DNA of 62,494 nt, filler included, from Globobulimina sp. (taxonomy: Eukaryota): the NCBI GenBank assembly GCA_003354225.1. It is 21 parts of 21 records of this genome, joined end to end, with 100 filler letters (N's around TTAATTAATTAA, not from the genome) between each part and the next. Parts side by side here need not be neighbours in the genome. Positions count along the whole stretch, not along the records: positions 59,618 to 62,494 come from PIVH01004522.1; 20 more parts are not named here. One strand, given 5' to 3'. How positions within the stretch are numbered: position 1 is the first letter of the stretch; every line of letters starts with the position of its first letter. Of the stretch, positions 60,953 through 62,494 are shown piece after piece. The position numbers and the translations under genes were made by a program. The notes beneath the pieces were generated by a model. The model saw only the letters and a list, made by a program, of their open reading frames with translations, was not told the DNA's origin and did no database searches.

Positions 60953-62494
60953 ATGGTTAATCTAACTCAAGAGCAATTTTTTGGTGGCGTAACACCAGAA
61001 GTCACACCTCAAGTAACGCCAGAGGTTTCTATAAGTGTGACCGATGCGCAGCCAGCCCAAACAACAGTTACACAAGAACAGTTTTTTGATCAACCGGCTG
61101 CAGTTGAAGAACAGGGATTTCTAGAACGTGCCGGGGGAGATTTAGAAACTAGACTGGAAGAGGCGGCACAAATTAACCAGCGTGTCGCAACAGGTGAAAT
61201 ATCGTTGCTGGAAGGTGTAGCTTCAGTGTTTGCACGTCCTCTTATCGGAGGTGTTGTAGATGTTGCAGGAGAGGCCCTCAGAAGCGCTGGAGAAACTATT
61301 AGCGACATTACCCCGGAAGCTGTAGCGGAGCCTGTGAGCGATGCTTTTACAAGCGTTATGGGTACTCTTTCTAAGAGTCTGAACGAAATAGCAGCGACAG
61401 ACGAAGGAAAACTAGGATTAGAAGCTATAAAGGCGGGTGGAGAGGTCTATCAATCGTTTAAAAAGTTTGCACCCCGAACAGCCGAACAATTAGAGAATAT
61501 AGGTATTACCACATTAGCCTTAGCGCCAACACCGATTAAAGGAGCAAGAGCAGCGCCAACACCGGGCGTTGTTGGACGTGCTGGCGAAGCAGTCGGGGCA
61601 AGAGGTGTTGCTCAAGAAGCGGCAAAGCGCACGGAGTTTGTAAATGATTTAATCCGGCCCAAACAAACCGCAGCGGTTAGAGCGGAGCAGGTAGGGCGAA
61701 CGACGGAACAAGGCTTGTTAAGACAAAAGGTTGTTGCTCCTAGTGCTCAAGAGGCACAAATAGCGGCTGAAGTCTCTCTGATACCGGGTGTGGCACCTTC
61801 TAAAACACTCGTAGGTAATTTTGGAGAAATTAATAAAGAAGTAGTTACAGAGGCTAAAAGTCTTAAAACACTTTTAGATAAAAACCCTGTTGCTATTCCT
61901 AAAAAAGAATTCAAATCAGAACTCGATAAAATTGGCGCTCGTCTTATTGAGGAAGACCCTACGATTGTAGGAGACGCGGCTAAATCCGCACAAAGAGTTA
62001 TTAGCAAGATGAAAAGCATTGTTGATAGCAATCCCGGCACGGCGGCGGGTCTTTTAAAGTCTCGTAAAGAAATAGACGCTTGGGTGCGTCAGAGAAGCAG
62101 CAAGCTATTAGACCCAACAACGGGAACGGCAATGTCTACGGCTGTCGCGGCTGTCCGTAGAACGACGAATGATTTTATAGATTCAAAGGTTCCTAATGTG
62201 GATGTTAAAGACTCTCTTAGGAAACAGTCTAAACTCTTCGATGCTATGGATAACATTAAATTAAAAGCAGCCGATGAAGGCGCTACTGTTATTGAAAGAG
62301 CATGGCAGAACGTCCAGAACGTCGTTACCAATAAGTCACAAATATCACAAGCATTAGCAACAGCGGTTGGTATTGGTGGTTTAGGAGCAGCAGCAGCTTT
62401 TGCACCGGTTCTTAGAGATGCAATAATCGTTGGTGGTTTAACGTTTGGTGCGCGTAAGGCTCTCCTCTCTCCTAAGCTAAAAAAAGGAGTTTCA
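60953..62494 (+). CDS. Second phage virion/ejection-like protein (3'-truncated)
   Basis: ATG 9 nt after the previous stop; MVNLTQEQFF.., GFLERAG; Ala/Gly-rich and open to the window end; not in the ORF track. Confidence 0.55.
   Translation, partial: MVNLTQEQFFGGVTPEVTPQVTPEVSISVTDAQPAQTTVTQEQFFDQPAAVEEQGFLERAGGDLETRLEEAAQINQRVATGEISLLEGVASVFARPLIGGVVDVAGEALRSAGETISDITPEAVAEPVSDAFTSVMGTLSKSLNEIAATDEGKLGLEAIKAGGEVYQSFKKFAPRTAEQLENIGITTLALAPTPIKGARAAPTPGVVGRAGEAVGARGVAQEAAKRTEFVNDLIRPKQTAAVRAEQVGRTTEQGLLRQKVVAPSAQEAQIAAEVSLIPGVAPSKTLVGNFGEINKEVVTEAKSLKTLLDKNPVAIPKKEFKSELDKIGARLIEEDPTIVGDAAKSAQRVISKMKSIVDSNPGTAAGLLKSRKEIDAWVRQRSSKLLDPTTGTAMSTAVAAVRRTTNDFIDSKVPNVDVKDSLRKQSKLFDAMDNIKLKAADEGATVIERAWQNVQNVVTNKSQISQALATAVGIGGLGAAAAFAPVLRDAIIVGGLTFGARKALLSPKLKKGVS

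Overview
This window is not a contiguous locus. It is 21 unrelated ~2.88-kb contigs sorted by decreasing length and joined by a 100-nt artificial spacer (44 N + TTAATTAATTAA + 44 N). Most contigs come from an AT-rich, gene-dense protist with 50-76-nt GT-AG introns; Rhizaria/Foraminifera is my inference from gene style and is not proven. Recognisable eukaryotic genes: beta-tubulin, BIG/Sec7 ARF-GEF, Nop14, USP16/45-like protease, RCC1, Kelch, GHITM, VASt, sulfatase, arrestin, Churchill and others. Two contigs are phage-like: contig 1 (TAGT-like glycosyltransferase, HNH-AP2 endonuclease, DnaE with an intein) and contig 21 (podovirus-type ejection proteins). Several eukaryotic contigs begin with short bacterial fragments (gpmI, Rhs core, an integron cassette plus a MITE), most likely amplification or assembly chimeras. 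Best candidate for a new system: contig 16 (44724-47603). Its three ORF-track pieces plus an unannotated upstream exon splice via three GT-AG introns into one uninterrupted reading frame with RAG1/Transib-like D-D-E motifs, followed by a dense array of direct and palindromic repeats resembling a transposon subterminal region. All family assignments are by eye from motifs; no searches were run.
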